A DNA stretch of 64,000 nucleotides, from the IMG/VR virus record IMGVR_UViG_3300046463_000520, positions 34,470-98,469 of that record. The stretch is one strand, 5' to 3'. Source of the DNA: a virus. A program made the position numbers and the translations under genes. Positions within the stretch are counted from its first letter, which is position 1. Every line of letters begins with the position of its first letter. Below the pieces are notes generated by a model, which was given only the letters and a program-made list of their open reading frames with translations, was not told the DNA's origin and ran no database searches. Positions 24,861 through 34,471 of this stretch are shown piece after piece.

Positions 24861-25705
24861 TGTCCATCTTTGACGAAGTGGAAAACCGGGTCGTCCAATC
24901 GACCACTTCGAGCCTGTCGCAACTGAAGGGCACGATTGCGGGCTTCTCGCCCTTGGGCGCGGGCACGGCGGTGCTCAAGCAAGCCGTCGGCAAGCTCGCG
25001 CCGTCGGCATCGGGCGTGCTCGACAAGGCCCTGCGCGGCGACTTTACGGGCGCGGCATTCGATGCCGTCAACAAGGTCGCGGGCAACGCCATCACGAAGC
25101 TGCTCGCGGGCGGCACGAGCGGCGACATTCTGTTCAACGGCCTGCCGAATCCGCTGCTTGGCGGCATCACGCCGTTTCAGGCCGCGCAAATGGTGACGGA
25201 AATCGCGAGCACGAACTACGCGAAGAAGAACCTGTATTTCATCGAAATCACCGACTACGCAAGCCCGCTTGACGACCAAAACGCATCGGGCCTGTTCAAC
25301 ATGTTCTGCACGAGCGTGTCCATTGGCGGCGGCAACATCATGGGCGAAGCGCACGGCATCGGCTCGGCACAGATGGACATTGTGAATGGCGGCGAGCGCG
25401 ACGAAATCCGTGTGACGACGTATGACGACGCCTACGGGCAAATCAAGCGCTGGTTCAACAAGCGGCGAAGCCTCGCGATCCACGCCGACGGCACGTTCGG
25501 TTTGCCTGCGGACTACCTGTTGCGCCTGCGCATCCTGCACGCCGCCGTGAATGACGAAGTTATGGCGCTGTTCGGCGGGTACGAAGAATCGTACATCGTG
25601 CGCCCGGTCGGTCTGGAAACCGAACTCTCGCGCACGGAAGACGGCCTGCAAGAAATCCAACTGTCGTTCTCGCAGTTCGATACGTTCATGTTCAATCAAG
25701 GGTAG
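24860..25705 (+). CDS. Tail/baseplate morphogenesis protein
   Basis: Coupled to portal, precedes tape measure; tube-like C-terminal pattern. Confidence 0.5.
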   Translation: MSIFDEVENRVVQSTTSSLSQLKGTIAGFSPLGAGTAVLKQAVGKLAPSASGVLDKALRGDFTGAAFDAVNKVAGNAITKLLAGGTSGDILFNGLPNPLLGGITPFQAAQMVTEIASTNYAKKNLYFIEITDYASPLDDQNASGLFNMFCTSVSIGGGNIMGEAHGIGSAQMDIVNGGERDEIRVTTYDDAYGQIKRWFNKRRSLAIHADGTFGLPADYLLRLRILHAAVNDEVMALFGGYEESYIVRPVGLETELSRTEDGLQEIQLSFSQFDTFMFNQG

Positions 25706-25708
25706 TAA

Positions 25709-28330
25709 ATGAAGGCTGACGCTAACGGGTTCCTGATTGCCGACCGCGCGATTTCGGTCGAGTCGCTTGCGGGCGCAATGAAGGGCGTGAAGGGCGACAC
25801 GGCGGCGATTCTCGCGCTGCTGAAGGTCGGCGCACGCGCAACGATCACGCAACGCGCGCGCGTGCTCAATTCGGGCGCGAGTCGCGGCCCGTCGGCGGGC
25901 TTGATGGGCGAACGCCTGCCGCCGCCGTCGGTCGCGCGCGATGAAACCGGCAAGTCGCTGGCGCGCGTCGCGGCGGCAATGGCGCGCGAGCGCGACGAGC
26001 GCGGGCGCTTCAAGCCCTACCCGACCGCCGAACTGACCGAAGTCGCGAAGGCGGTGAAGGACATGACGCGCCGCCAAGCTGCCGAACACGCGGAAGAAAA
26101 GCGCGAGCGCGCGAAACGGTCGAGCAAGGGCGCGGATAGCGCGCAGGGCGGGCCGGATAGCTCCGCGCAGTCGTCGGGCGCGGGCAACGGCGGCAAGCCG
26201 CCACGCGGCCCGCAAAGCGGCAGCGCTACGCCCCTGCAAGCGGGCGCGAACAATGGCAACGCGGATGCGACGCGCGACGCGCGCGGGCGCTTCGTCGGCA
26301 AGGGCGGCGGCGCGGGCAGTGACGGCGAAGGGTCGAGCAACGCGGGCGGGGGGCGCGCGAAGCGTGAGCGCGACGGCGACGGCGTGTTCTCGAAAATGAA
26401 GGACTGGTTCAAGGGCTTCGGCGGCATGAAAGGGCCGCAAATGCCCGGCATGGAAGGTTATGAGAAGGTCGATCCGACCGTCGAAGCGAGCAAGGAACTC
26501 GGCAGCATGATTAAGGCCCCGCTCGCGGCGGTCGGCACCGTCGGCAAGGCGGTCGTCGGGCGCGGCTTCAGCGCGGCATCCAAGCTGCCTGCCGCGCCGT
26601 GGTATCGGCGCATCCTGCGCGAACTGCACCTGTTCCGTGACGAGTCGAGCGCATTCGGCAACGCGGAAACGCGCGTGCTGAAGGAAATCGAGCGCAAGAC
26701 GGGCGGCGGGCCGGGCGCGCAGGGCGGCGGCGGCATCATGGGCGCGCTTGGCGGGATGCTCGGCAAGGGCGGCGGCGGGCTTATGTCGCTGCTTGGCGGC
26801 GGGCTGAAGCTCGGCAAGGGAATGCTCAAGCGCCTGCCGCTTTTGGGCGCGCTGTTCGCGGGCGGCTCCGCGCTCGCGTCGATTTTCGGCGGCGACGACC
26901 CGAATAAGTCGCCGGAAGAAAACCGTAAATCGCGCTTCGAAGGCGCGGGGTCCGGCATCGGCGCGATCATCGGCGGCGGGCTTGGCATGTTCCTCGGACC
27001 TGTGGGCGCGATGATTGGCGGCGTCATCGGCGATAAGGTCGGCGAACTCGTCGGCGCATGGCTTGCGACCGTCGATTGGAGCAAGGTCGGCGACACGATC
27101 ACGAGCGCATGGGATGGCGCGGTTGCGACCGTCAAAGATACGTGGAAGACCGTCACCGACGAACTCGGCAAGGTCACGAAGACCGTTTCTGACGCGTGGA
27201 ATGGCGTCATCGACGGCGCGAAGGCATGGCTGAAAGACAAGCTCGGCATCGACGTCGATGCAGGCGTCGCTAAAGCCAAGGAAATGGCGGGCGCAGCGGC
27301 GGACTACGTGAAAGAGAAGGCCGCGCCGGTCGTGGATGCCGTCACAACCGCCGCGAAGCCGGTTGTCGAAGCCGTGAAGGGCGGCGCGCAGGCGGCGGTC
27401 GATTACGGCAAGGAACGCGTCGAAAAGATGGCCGCGCCGATTGCGACCGCAACGGCGAACGCGCTCGACTACGGCAAGGGGCTATTCGGCGGCGGCTCGA
27501 AGGGCAACAAGGCCGCAGTCATGGCCGAAGCGCAAAAGATCACGGACCCGAATGAACGCGCGATGTTTCTCGCGCAGGTCGATCACGAATCGGGCGGGTT
27601 CCGCTCGACCGTCGAGAACACGAACTACAAGGCGAAGGGCTTTCTCGCCAACTTCGGCGCGCGCAATCACATCACGACCGAAGCGCAGGCGCAGGCGATT
27701 CTGGACAAGGGCGACGATGCCAAGCTCGAAGCCATGTACGGCGGCGCATGGGGCAAGAAGAACCTCGGCAACACGGAAGCGGGCGACGCGGCGAAGTTCA
27801 AGGGGCGCGGGGTCATGCAGCTTACCGGTCGCTCGAACTACACGGCGGCAGGTAAGGCGCTCGGCCTCGACTTGGTGAATCACCCTGAACTGCTCGAAGA
27901 CCCGGCAGTGTCGGCAAAGGCCGCGCTCTGGTATTGGAACTCTCGCAAGGGTCTGTCTGCCGCAGGCAAGGCGGGCGACGTGAGCGCGGCGACCGCCGCC
28001 ATCAACGGCGGGCACATCGGGGAAGCGGACCGAAAGGCGAAGTACGGCACCTATCTCGCCGCGATCAAGGCGGGCGACGCGTCGGTTGCGGCTCCCTCGA
28101 TGCCCGCGCCGACGGCGACGGTTGCCGCCGCCGCGCCGCCGCCCGCGCCGCCTGTGCCGCCCTCACCGGTCGCGCCCGCTACCGCGCCGCCGACGGTTTC
28201 CGCCGACATTCCGCAACCGCTCAACTCGCCCGGCCCTATCGACGTCCGAGTATCGCAAGACTCGACTGTGGGACAAGACCTATCAGACCGCCGATTGGCG
28301 CAAATCGCAACGGGCGGGATTTCCGCGTAA
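25709..28330 (+). CDS. Tape-measure / injection protein with GH19 muramidase domain (Sit analogue)
   Basis: Gly/Ala-rich with W repeats; FLAQVDHESG..FKGRGVMQLTGRSNY..INGG. Confidence 0.8.
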   Translation: MKADANGFLIADRAISVESLAGAMKGVKGDTAAILALLKVGARATITQRARVLNSGASRGPSAGLMGERLPPPSVARDETGKSLARVAAAMARERDERGRFKPYPTAELTEVAKAVKDMTRRQAAEHAEEKRERAKRSSKGADSAQGGPDSSAQSSGAGNGGKPPRGPQSGSATPLQAGANNGNADATRDARGRFVGKGGGAGSDGEGSSNAGGGRAKRERDGDGVFSKMKDWFKGFGGMKGPQMPGMEGYEKVDPTVEASKELGSMIKAPLAAVGTVGKAVVGRGFSAASKLPAAPWYRRILRELHLFRDESSAFGNAETRVLKEIERKTGGGPGAQGGGGIMGALGGMLGKGGGGLMSLLGGGLKLGKGMLKRLPLLGALFAGGSALASIFGGDDPNKSPEENRKSRFEGAGSGIGAIIGGGLGMFLGPVGAMIGGVIGDKVGELVGAWLATVDWSKVGDTITSAWDGAVATVKDTWKTVTDELGKVTKTVSDAWNGVIDGAKAWLKDKLGIDVDAGVAKAKEMAGAAADYVKEKAAPVVDAVTTAAKPVVEAVKGGAQAAVDYGKERVEKMAAPIATATANALDYGKGLFGGGSKGNKAAVMAEAQKITDPNERAMFLAQVDHESGGFRSTVENTNYKAKGFLANFGARNHITTEAQAQAILDKGDDAKLEAMYGGAWGKKNLGNTEAGDAAKFKGRGVMQLTGRSNYTAAGKALGLDLVNHPELLEDPAVSAKAALWYWNSRKGLSAAGKAGDVSAATAAINGGHIGEADRKAKYGTYLAAIKAGDASVAAPSMPAPTATVAAAAPPPAPPVPPSPVAPATAPPTVSADIPQPLNSPGPIDVRVSQDSTVGQDLSDRRLAQIATGGISA

Positions 28331-28453
28331 AAACAATGACCTGCGGGGCCTGTGTGTGGCGGCGCACATAGGCCCTAAAAAATCCGTTAGGAAATATCGC
28401 ATCGTCTTGTCAATATTCTGCTCACACTTCGTTACATAGGGTCTGACGCCGTT

Positions 28454-28894
28454 ATGAAGCCGCCTAAGAGCATTCTCGCCGCCGTCGTCATCAGTTCGCT
28501 CGCGTGTTTGGGGGCCGTGCAAACGGCGCGTGCGGACCAAAACAACATCGACGCGGCGATGAAACAGGCTGTGACGGATTACAAGGCGGGCGGGGCAAAC
28601 GCCATGTCGGACCGCGCGAAGTTTTGCTATGACGCTGTGGACTATCGTCGTGGCAACGAGGGAGCGGCAAAGGCTGTCGAATACTGCATGTCGTATGAGT
28701 TTGCCGCTGTGTCTATCCTGTCCACGCTCAAAAAATACGACCCCTACGCCGGGTATTTCAACGGCTTGGACGTGATTTTTCGGGCGGCGCGGTACACAGA
28801 AAAGGCTCGCGTAGTTGTGCTGCCGGAACAGTTTGATCCGTTCTGGAAGCCGCGTAGCGAGTACATACACAAGGCCATACCGGGGATGCTGTAA
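28454..28894 (+). CDS. Secreted/periplasmic moron protein
   Basis: Signal-peptide-like N-terminus ending ARA, two Cys in the mature part, lower GC, own terminator. Confidence 0.7.
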   Translation: MKPPKSILAAVVISSLACLGAVQTARADQNNIDAAMKQAVTDYKAGGANAMSDRAKFCYDAVDYRRGNEGAAKAVEYCMSYEFAAVSILSTLKKYDPYAGYFNGLDVIFRAARYTEKARVVVLPEQFDPFWKPRSEYIHKAIPGML

Positions 28895-28926
28895 CAGACC
28901 GCGCGAGACGGTCCACCGCCACTTTG

Positions 28927-28952
28927 AAGCCCGCCTAGCAAGCGGGCTTTTT
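28927..28952 (+). terminator. Rho-independent terminator
   Basis: AAGCCCGC-CTAGCAA-GCGGGCTT followed by a T-tract. Confidence 0.8.
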
Positions 28953-28976
28953 CCATTGGCGCGCGCTTTTTTGAGC

Positions 28977-29019
28977 TAGGAAAACGCAAAGGGGTCATCG
29001 CAAAAACGCCTTCGAGAAT
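28977..29019 (+). promoter_or_regulatory. Late promoter L4 (tail tube operon)
   Basis: TAGGAAAACG-N27-GAGAAT. Confidence 0.8.
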
Positions 29020-29053
29020 GGGTTTGCAAACTTCCATTCATTCGGGCGAAAAG

Positions 29054-29557
29054 ATGACTCTCAATACCGATACCTACCTCGGTCAAGCTCTGAACCAATT
29101 GCAGACCTTCGGCGACAAGTCGATTTCGTCCGACGCGACGATGGTCATTGACGGGTTCGAGCAATACCGCTTCCTGTTCAAGCAGTTCCCGCAACCGACC
29201 CTTTCGAGCGCAGGCGAAATCGAAATCGCCGGTCCGATGGGCATTGCGACCTTCCAACCGCAGCAAGCGAAGATCAATCAGCAAGGTCAAGTCTCGATGT
29301 ATGAGACGGTGGACGGCGACGCTGAAAAGCTCCAACGCGCAATCATGGCGAAGGGCGGACGCTTCGACGCGACGATTTACGAAGGCACGCTCGAAAAGCA
29401 CACGCGCGGCTGGCGCATCTACAAGTGCTTCGTGCAACTCGACAACCCGGACCGCGATTGGGAAAACCGTGGTCAGGTCACGATGCTGTCGGGCACGATG
29501 TTCTTCCACTACACCGGCGAAACGCTGCCCGGCAACGTGGCGACCCTCGCGGGCTAA
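29054..29557 (+). CDS. Tail tube protein (P1 BplB-like)
   Basis: 167 aa, beta-rich, first gene after a late promoter. Confidence 0.6.
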   Translation: MTLNTDTYLGQALNQLQTFGDKSISSDATMVIDGFEQYRFLFKQFPQPTLSSAGEIEIAGPMGIATFQPQQAKINQQGQVSMYETVDGDAEKLQRAIMAKGGRFDATIYEGTLEKHTRGWRIYKCFVQLDNPDRDWENRGQVTMLSGTMFFHYTGETLPGNVATLAG

Positions 29558-29560
29558 ACG

Positions 29561-30106
29561 ATGGCGTACCTCACGCTTTCTGAACTCGCGCTGTCGGTCG
29601 CGTACCCGTTCGGCATGGTGCTGGACGACGCCGATCAGGAAGCGCAGGCGATCAATGCGGCCCGGTTCTATCTCGGACATGGCCGCATTGAATCGCTCGA
29701 TGCGCCTATCGCCTACGACAACCCGACGGACGCGCTTTTTACCGCCTATCGCCTGCCCTACCTTGGGCCGTCGGACGGTACGGGCGTGATTTCGTCGGGC
29801 ATCGACTTCGGTCCCGGCACGCGCATGGGCGACTCCGACACGCCGCCCGCGCCGACCGTGCCTGCGCCGCCCACGCCTGCGGTGCTCGACGCGCAGACGC
29901 AAATCACGCCGTCTGAATGGTCGATCATCAAGCCGCTCTACATGCTCTATGTCGAGCGCGAGAACGCGCGCGTGCTCGAAACCTCGCGGCAGCAAGGCGT
30001 CGAAGTCTTCGGGCGCGACGTGTCGAGCGTGCAGGCCGATATCGAGCGACAGGAAACCGAAGTCATGCCGCGCCTCGCGTTCTTCCAGCCGGTCGAGACT
30101 ATCTAA
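29561..30106 (+). CDS. Putative head-tail adaptor/structural protein
   Basis: SEWSIIKPLYMLYVERENA...G...FGRDVS; operon context. Confidence 0.5.
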   Translation: MAYLTLSELALSVAYPFGMVLDDADQEAQAINAARFYLGHGRIESLDAPIAYDNPTDALFTAYRLPYLGPSDGTGVISSGIDFGPGTRMGDSDTPPAPTVPAPPTPAVLDAQTQITPSEWSIIKPLYMLYVERENARVLETSRQQGVEVFGRDVSSVQADIERQETEVMPRLAFFQPVETI

Positions 30107-30984
30107 TGATCGTCGTGAAAGACGTGCGCGGCGACATGATGCTGAAGGCAACCCTTCGGCATGACCTAGCGCCTATCCCGCTCACCTTCGAAGGCGTGTT
30201 CCGCACGACGACACAGACCGCCGCGCAGTTTAAGGACGGCGCGGTGCTCGTCGTGAATGACGTGCCTATGCGCATCGTGAAGGCCGTTCCGCAGCATATG
30301 GCGGACGGCGGCGTGCAGGGTAAAGAGCCGTTTTCGGGCACGCATGTCACGGCGTTCCCTGACGGCCTGCAAGCGCTCGCGCTGCCGCGCACGGCGGCGG
30401 CGATTTTCACCAACGGGTCACTGGCGGGCGCATATCGCGGGTGCGGCGGCACGGTCCCTGTGCAGGGCGATTTCCAGCTTGACCTGTTCTCGTGTCACGT
30501 CGGCGAGATTCCGACCTTCGCCATCGCGCGCGCTTTGCAGGAAATGGGCGGCGTGGTTATGTGGCGCGGCAAGTCGCTGAAGGTCATGCCGTTTCGCGAC
30601 CTGTTCGCCCAGACGCCGGTCACGTCGCTCACGGTCGATTCAAGCGAATCGGTCAACTCCGCGCATCTCGTCGCGGACCAAATACCCGTTTTCTATTCCA
30701 TCGGCCCCGACGGGCAGGTTATCAGCGCGACCCGTAAGGACGCCGCGCAAAAGCTCGCATTCACGCCGCGCAAGACGCTCGCGCAACTCAACGCAATGGG
30801 CCGCGTGCTCGTGAATCGCCGGGCCGTGACGACCACGCTCAATCCCTCACTGCGTGCGGGCGACATGCTCAACGTGCAGGGCACGCCAATGGTTTTGATG
30901 ACGGTCGCTCACCACTTGGATAACGGCTCGGACGGCGGCGGCGGTTCTCAATACACGCGCGTTTGGCTTGGAGTGCTCTCGTGA
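30106..30984 (+). CDS. Baseplate hub protein (P1 gp6-like)
   Basis: LRHDLAPIPLTFE; precedes the spike gene. Confidence 0.6.
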   Translation: MIVVKDVRGDMMLKATLRHDLAPIPLTFEGVFRTTTQTAAQFKDGAVLVVNDVPMRIVKAVPQHMADGGVQGKEPFSGTHVTAFPDGLQALALPRTAAAIFTNGSLAGAYRGCGGTVPVQGDFQLDLFSCHVGEIPTFAIARALQEMGGVVMWRGKSLKVMPFRDLFAQTPVTSLTVDSSESVNSAHLVADQIPVFYSIGPDGQVISATRKDAAQKLAFTPRKTLAQLNAMGRVLVNRRAVTTTLNPSLRAGDMLNVQGTPMVLMTVAHHLDNGSDGGGGSQYTRVWLGVLS

Positions 30985-31583
30985 TTGGACTCATGCCCGG
31001 TTTCATCGACACGGTAAGCACGGACGACCGGGGCGCGCGCATGTACCGCGTGCGCATTCCCGGCTTGACCGATGGCGCAAGCGAGCAACCGCGCGCCGAA
31101 CTGCTCAACCCTATCGGCGACAAGTCGGAACACACGGAAATCCGTATCAAGCCGGGCGACCGGATATGGCTCGCGTTTCAGGGCGGCGATACGCGGCATC
31201 CGGTCATCGTCGGATACCGCCCGCGCAATCAGGAAAACGCAATGGATTGGCGGCGATTCGAGCACGCAAACTTTGAATTCAACGCGGACAACGTTTTTCA
31301 GGTCATCGCCGGGACGCAGGTTCATATCAAGACGCCGCTCGCTTACGTCGAAGCTCCGAACTCGCACATTACGGGCGACGTTCAGATTGACGGCAGCGCG
31401 ACCGTGAATGGCTTGCTGACCTACAAGGGCGGCATGAAGGGCAGCGGCGGCAGCGGTGCATCCGCGCAGATTGACGGCGGCATTGAAGCGACGGGCGATA
31501 TCAAGGCCGGAAACATCAGTCTCGAAGGCCACGCACACATGGAACAAGGCGACGGCAACCGGGTCGGCCCGCCGATCCCGTAA
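30981..31583 (+). CDS. Baseplate spike (gpV/gp5-like)
   Basis: RVRIPGLT..GDRIW..F.GGD..PVIVG OB fold; C-terminal HAH (HxH) tip. Confidence 0.85.
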   Translation: MIGLMPGFIDTVSTDDRGARMYRVRIPGLTDGASEQPRAELLNPIGDKSEHTEIRIKPGDRIWLAFQGGDTRHPVIVGYRPRNQENAMDWRRFEHANFEFNADNVFQVIAGTQVHIKTPLAYVEAPNSHITGDVQIDGSATVNGLLTYKGGMKGSGGSGASAQIDGGIEATGDIKAGNISLEGHAHMEQGDGNRVGPPIP

Positions 31584-31594
31584 AGGACAACGAA

Positions 31595-32077
31595 ATGCAA
31601 AACCTGATTTTCGACATTTACAACCTGTCGCACAAAGACAAGGCCATTGCGGACGCGAAGAAGGCGTTCAAAAAGGCGGGCGCAACGGTCGTGTCCGTGG
31701 ACGTCGATGCGAAGACCAAAAAGGCGCTCGGCATCGAGTACCGCGAAGTGCAGTTCGGCTTTGCCGACTCGCAAACGGTGCGCTTTGGCGTCAATGCGTC
31801 GGGCGACGTCGCGCAGGTCCGCATCAACGGTAAGGCGGTCCCGCTGAAGAACCCCGACGACCACGCCGAAGCCATCAAAGAGATTGCGGCGGCGATGGAC
31901 AAGGGGCGCACCAAGTTTCAAGCGGCGCTCGCGAAGACGAAGACGCCGCTGCCGCCGACGGTGCGCACTGCTATGCCGAAGGTGCTCGACGCCATGAAAG
32001 CGAAGGTATCCGCACTGGACGAAGCGATTAGCGAAGCGACCGTCACGCGCGATGGTTTGCTCGCGCAACTCCAATAA
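31595..32077 (+). CDS. hdf: Hdf-like protein (DarA N-terminal-fold homologue)
   Basis: F.DSQTV.F.VNASGDVAQVRINGKAVPLKN followed by a coiled coil. Confidence 0.6.
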   Translation: MQNLIFDIYNLSHKDKAIADAKKAFKKAGATVVSVDVDAKTKKALGIEYREVQFGFADSQTVRFGVNASGDVAQVRINGKAVPLKNPDDHAEAIKEIAAAMDKGRTKFQAALAKTKTPLPPTVRTAMPKVLDAMKAKVSALDEAISEATVTRDGLLAQLQ

Positions 32078-32105
32078 CGGCGGGCGAAAGCGGCATTTTC
32101 GCAAC

Positions 32106-32183
32106 TAGGAAAACGCAACGGCGCGCATTGAAAAGTGCCGCTGAAAATGAAGGCTCAAAGATAAGTACGGGGTTCCGTGCTTT
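32106..32183 (+). promoter_or_regulatory. Late promoter L5 plus 5' hairpin (major capsid operon)
   Basis: TAGGAAAACG-N27-GAAAAT; AAGTACGG-GGTT-CCGTGCTT hairpin. Confidence 0.8.
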
Positions 32184-32216
32184 GTTTTGAAAACCAACTC
32201 AATTGATAGGTAAAAC

Positions 32217-33860
32217 ATGAACGGAACTCAAAACCGTAAGTACACGCTGTCCGATCAGCGCGAAGTCGAAAACTTCGTGCATGGCGTGGCGAACGCCGAA
32301 GGCAAGCCGGGCATGTTGCTCGACTCCGCCGCCGCCGCTGACGCGGGCATGGCCGCTGCGAAAGAATCGGGCAACCTGCCGACCGCGCTGAACGAACTGC
32401 TTGGCGTGACGAGCGTCGAAGAACAGAAGATCGTCAAGGCGATTTTCGACGGCGTGAATGTGTTCCAGCGCGAGCACGGTTTCATGCCGTCGGGCGACTT
32501 GCTGCTGACCGCCATCGACCAAGCCAAGTCGATTTACGACTCGGCAACGAACAACCATCACGATCAGATTTCGCTCACGCCGAACGCGCCTATCGTCGCG
32601 ATTCTTGGCGCGCTCGCTGAAGCCTGCCCGTTCGCCGGTTATTTGGCTGCGGACAGGGGTTCGAACGAAGCACGCCTAATCATCGTGTCGCACCAAGCCG
32701 GTTCGAACTGGGGCGGCTACAAGCAAGGCAACTTGATGGACGGTATCGCGCAAGGCGAATCGTTCATGGGTTCCTCGCGCACGAAATCGCTGTCGGCACC
32801 GAACGACACGGCGAACTACAAGGTCACGTTCTACGACGGCGAAGACGGCAGCGGCGAAGTGCTGACGATGCTGCGCGGTCGCACCATCGTGTACGTCAAC
32901 GGCATGATTGCCGTGCAGGAAATCCAGAACGGTTCGAGCACGGCAGCAAGCGTGCCGCTCATGGGCGGATGCACCATCGGCGGCGTCGATTACGCGCTCA
33001 CCGGCACGGTCAAGCCCGCGTCGGGCGAAGTGGTCGTCACGCCGGGTTCCGCCCTGCCCGCTGGCACGGTCGTGACCATCGAAGTGGCCGTGGACTACGA
33101 AACGCGCCCGGAAAAGACGCCGAAGATGCAGGTTCAAGCGCAGGTGTTCCAACTGTTCGCGAACCCGTTCCGCGTCACGTACCAAGTCACGCCGGAAGCT
33201 CGTTCGCAGTTCTCGAACGAAGTCGGCGTCGATGCAGGCGCAGAAGCGATGATGGCCGTTCGTGGTCAGTATTCGATGGAACGTCATTACGACGCGCTGA
33301 AGAAGGCGAAGATGATTGGCGCATTCCAAGGCAAGTGGGAATACGACTTCGACTACGACAACCAGATTCAGCAAAAGACCCGCGCGCAAATCCTTCAGGA
33401 TTTCGCATCGGTGCTCGGCATGGCGTCGCAAGCGATGGCCGAAGCGACGGCTGACCACGGCATCACGCACATGTACGTCGGCAAGTTCGTGGCCGCACTG
33501 TTCCGCTCGCTCGACGCGACGCTGTTCCAGTCGTCGGGCCTCACGGACCGTCCGGGCATTTTCCGTGTCGGCAAGCTGTTCGGCGTGTACGAAGTCTATT
33601 ACTCGCCGAAGGTCGTCAACGAAGCCGCCGACGGTTCGACATCGGAAATCATCTGCGTGGGTCGTTCCACGCAGACGGCGCGCTGCCCGATCATCATGGG
33701 CGACGCCTCGGCTCCGATGTTCGAGCCGCTCGGCACGACGGAAACCCTCAAGACCGGCTACGGCTTCAACGCCCGTTCGTTCAACCGCGTCAACCCGCAC
33801 GCAATGTCGGCTGTCGGTTGCACGGTTATCACGGTGAAGAACCTGCAAAAAGCGGCGTAA
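32217..33860 (+). CDS. Major capsid protein (P1 gp23-like)
   Basis: 547 aa, strong codon bias, precedes sheath; propeptide-like N-terminus. Confidence 0.8.
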   Translation: MNGTQNRKYTLSDQREVENFVHGVANAEGKPGMLLDSAAAADAGMAAAKESGNLPTALNELLGVTSVEEQKIVKAIFDGVNVFQREHGFMPSGDLLLTAIDQAKSIYDSATNNHHDQISLTPNAPIVAILGALAEACPFAGYLAADRGSNEARLIIVSHQAGSNWGGYKQGNLMDGIAQGESFMGSSRTKSLSAPNDTANYKVTFYDGEDGSGEVLTMLRGRTIVYVNGMIAVQEIQNGSSTAASVPLMGGCTIGGVDYALTGTVKPASGEVVVTPGSALPAGTVVTIEVAVDYETRPEKTPKMQVQAQVFQLFANPFRVTYQVTPEARSQFSNEVGVDAGAEAMMAVRGQYSMERHYDALKKAKMIGAFQGKWEYDFDYDNQIQQKTRAQILQDFASVLGMASQAMAEATADHGITHMYVGKFVAALFRSLDATLFQSSGLTDRPGIFRVGKLFGVYEVYYSPKVVNEAADGSTSEIICVGRSTQTARCPIIMGDASAPMFEPLGTTETLKTGYGFNARSFNRVNPHAMSAVGCTVITVKNLQKAA

Positions 33861-33955
33861 GCCGTGCGCGGCGCGAGTCGCGTAAGTAGCTGACGCGGCG
33901 GCATGGGCGTGAATCCCATGCCGCCGTTTTCAAAACCGGATACAGGGAACCCGCC

Positions 33956-34438
33956 GTGGCAACCACAAAGACGAGCAAGACCAAAGCGACGCAGGAAGGC
34001 GTCAATTCGGGCGCGCAGGACGACGCAACGAGCGCGCCGACCGAAGCTGAACTCGCGGCGCAGAAGGCCGCTCAGGACGCCGCTGACGCGCAGGCGAAAG
34101 CCGATGCCGAAGCTGCTGCTGCCGCTGAAGCGAAAGCCCGCGACGAAGCCGCCGCGAAAGCTGCGCTCGAAGCCGAAGCCGATGCCGCCGCCGCCGCTGC
34201 CGCGCTCACCTTTCCGCGTCAAATGCGCGTGGTGAATGACACGGCACAACCTTGGGTCGTTCGCAAATTCATACCGCCTTCGACGCGCGACACGGTTATC
34301 GACGTCGCACACGAAGACGACCTGCACAACCTGCGTTCCAACTGCCTCGCGGTGCTGTCGATTTCGGACCATTACCGGCCCGAAGAAGGCAAACCGGATG
34401 CCCTGCGCATCGTGGAACTGGACGACGAGCAAGCCTAA
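33956..34438 (+). CDS. Ala-rich structural/accessory protein
   Basis: Between capsid and sheath; GTG start with GGGA RBS. Confidence 0.6.
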   Translation: MATTKTSKTKATQEGVNSGAQDDATSAPTEAELAAQKAAQDAADAQAKADAEAAAAAEAKARDEAAAKAALEAEADAAAAAAALTFPRQMRVVNDTAQPWVVRKFIPPSTRDTVIDVAHEDDLHNLRSNCLAVLSISDHYRPEEGKPDALRIVELDDEQA

Positions 34439-34471
34439 TCACCGACCGGGTTCTAAGGAACAGGAACAAAA

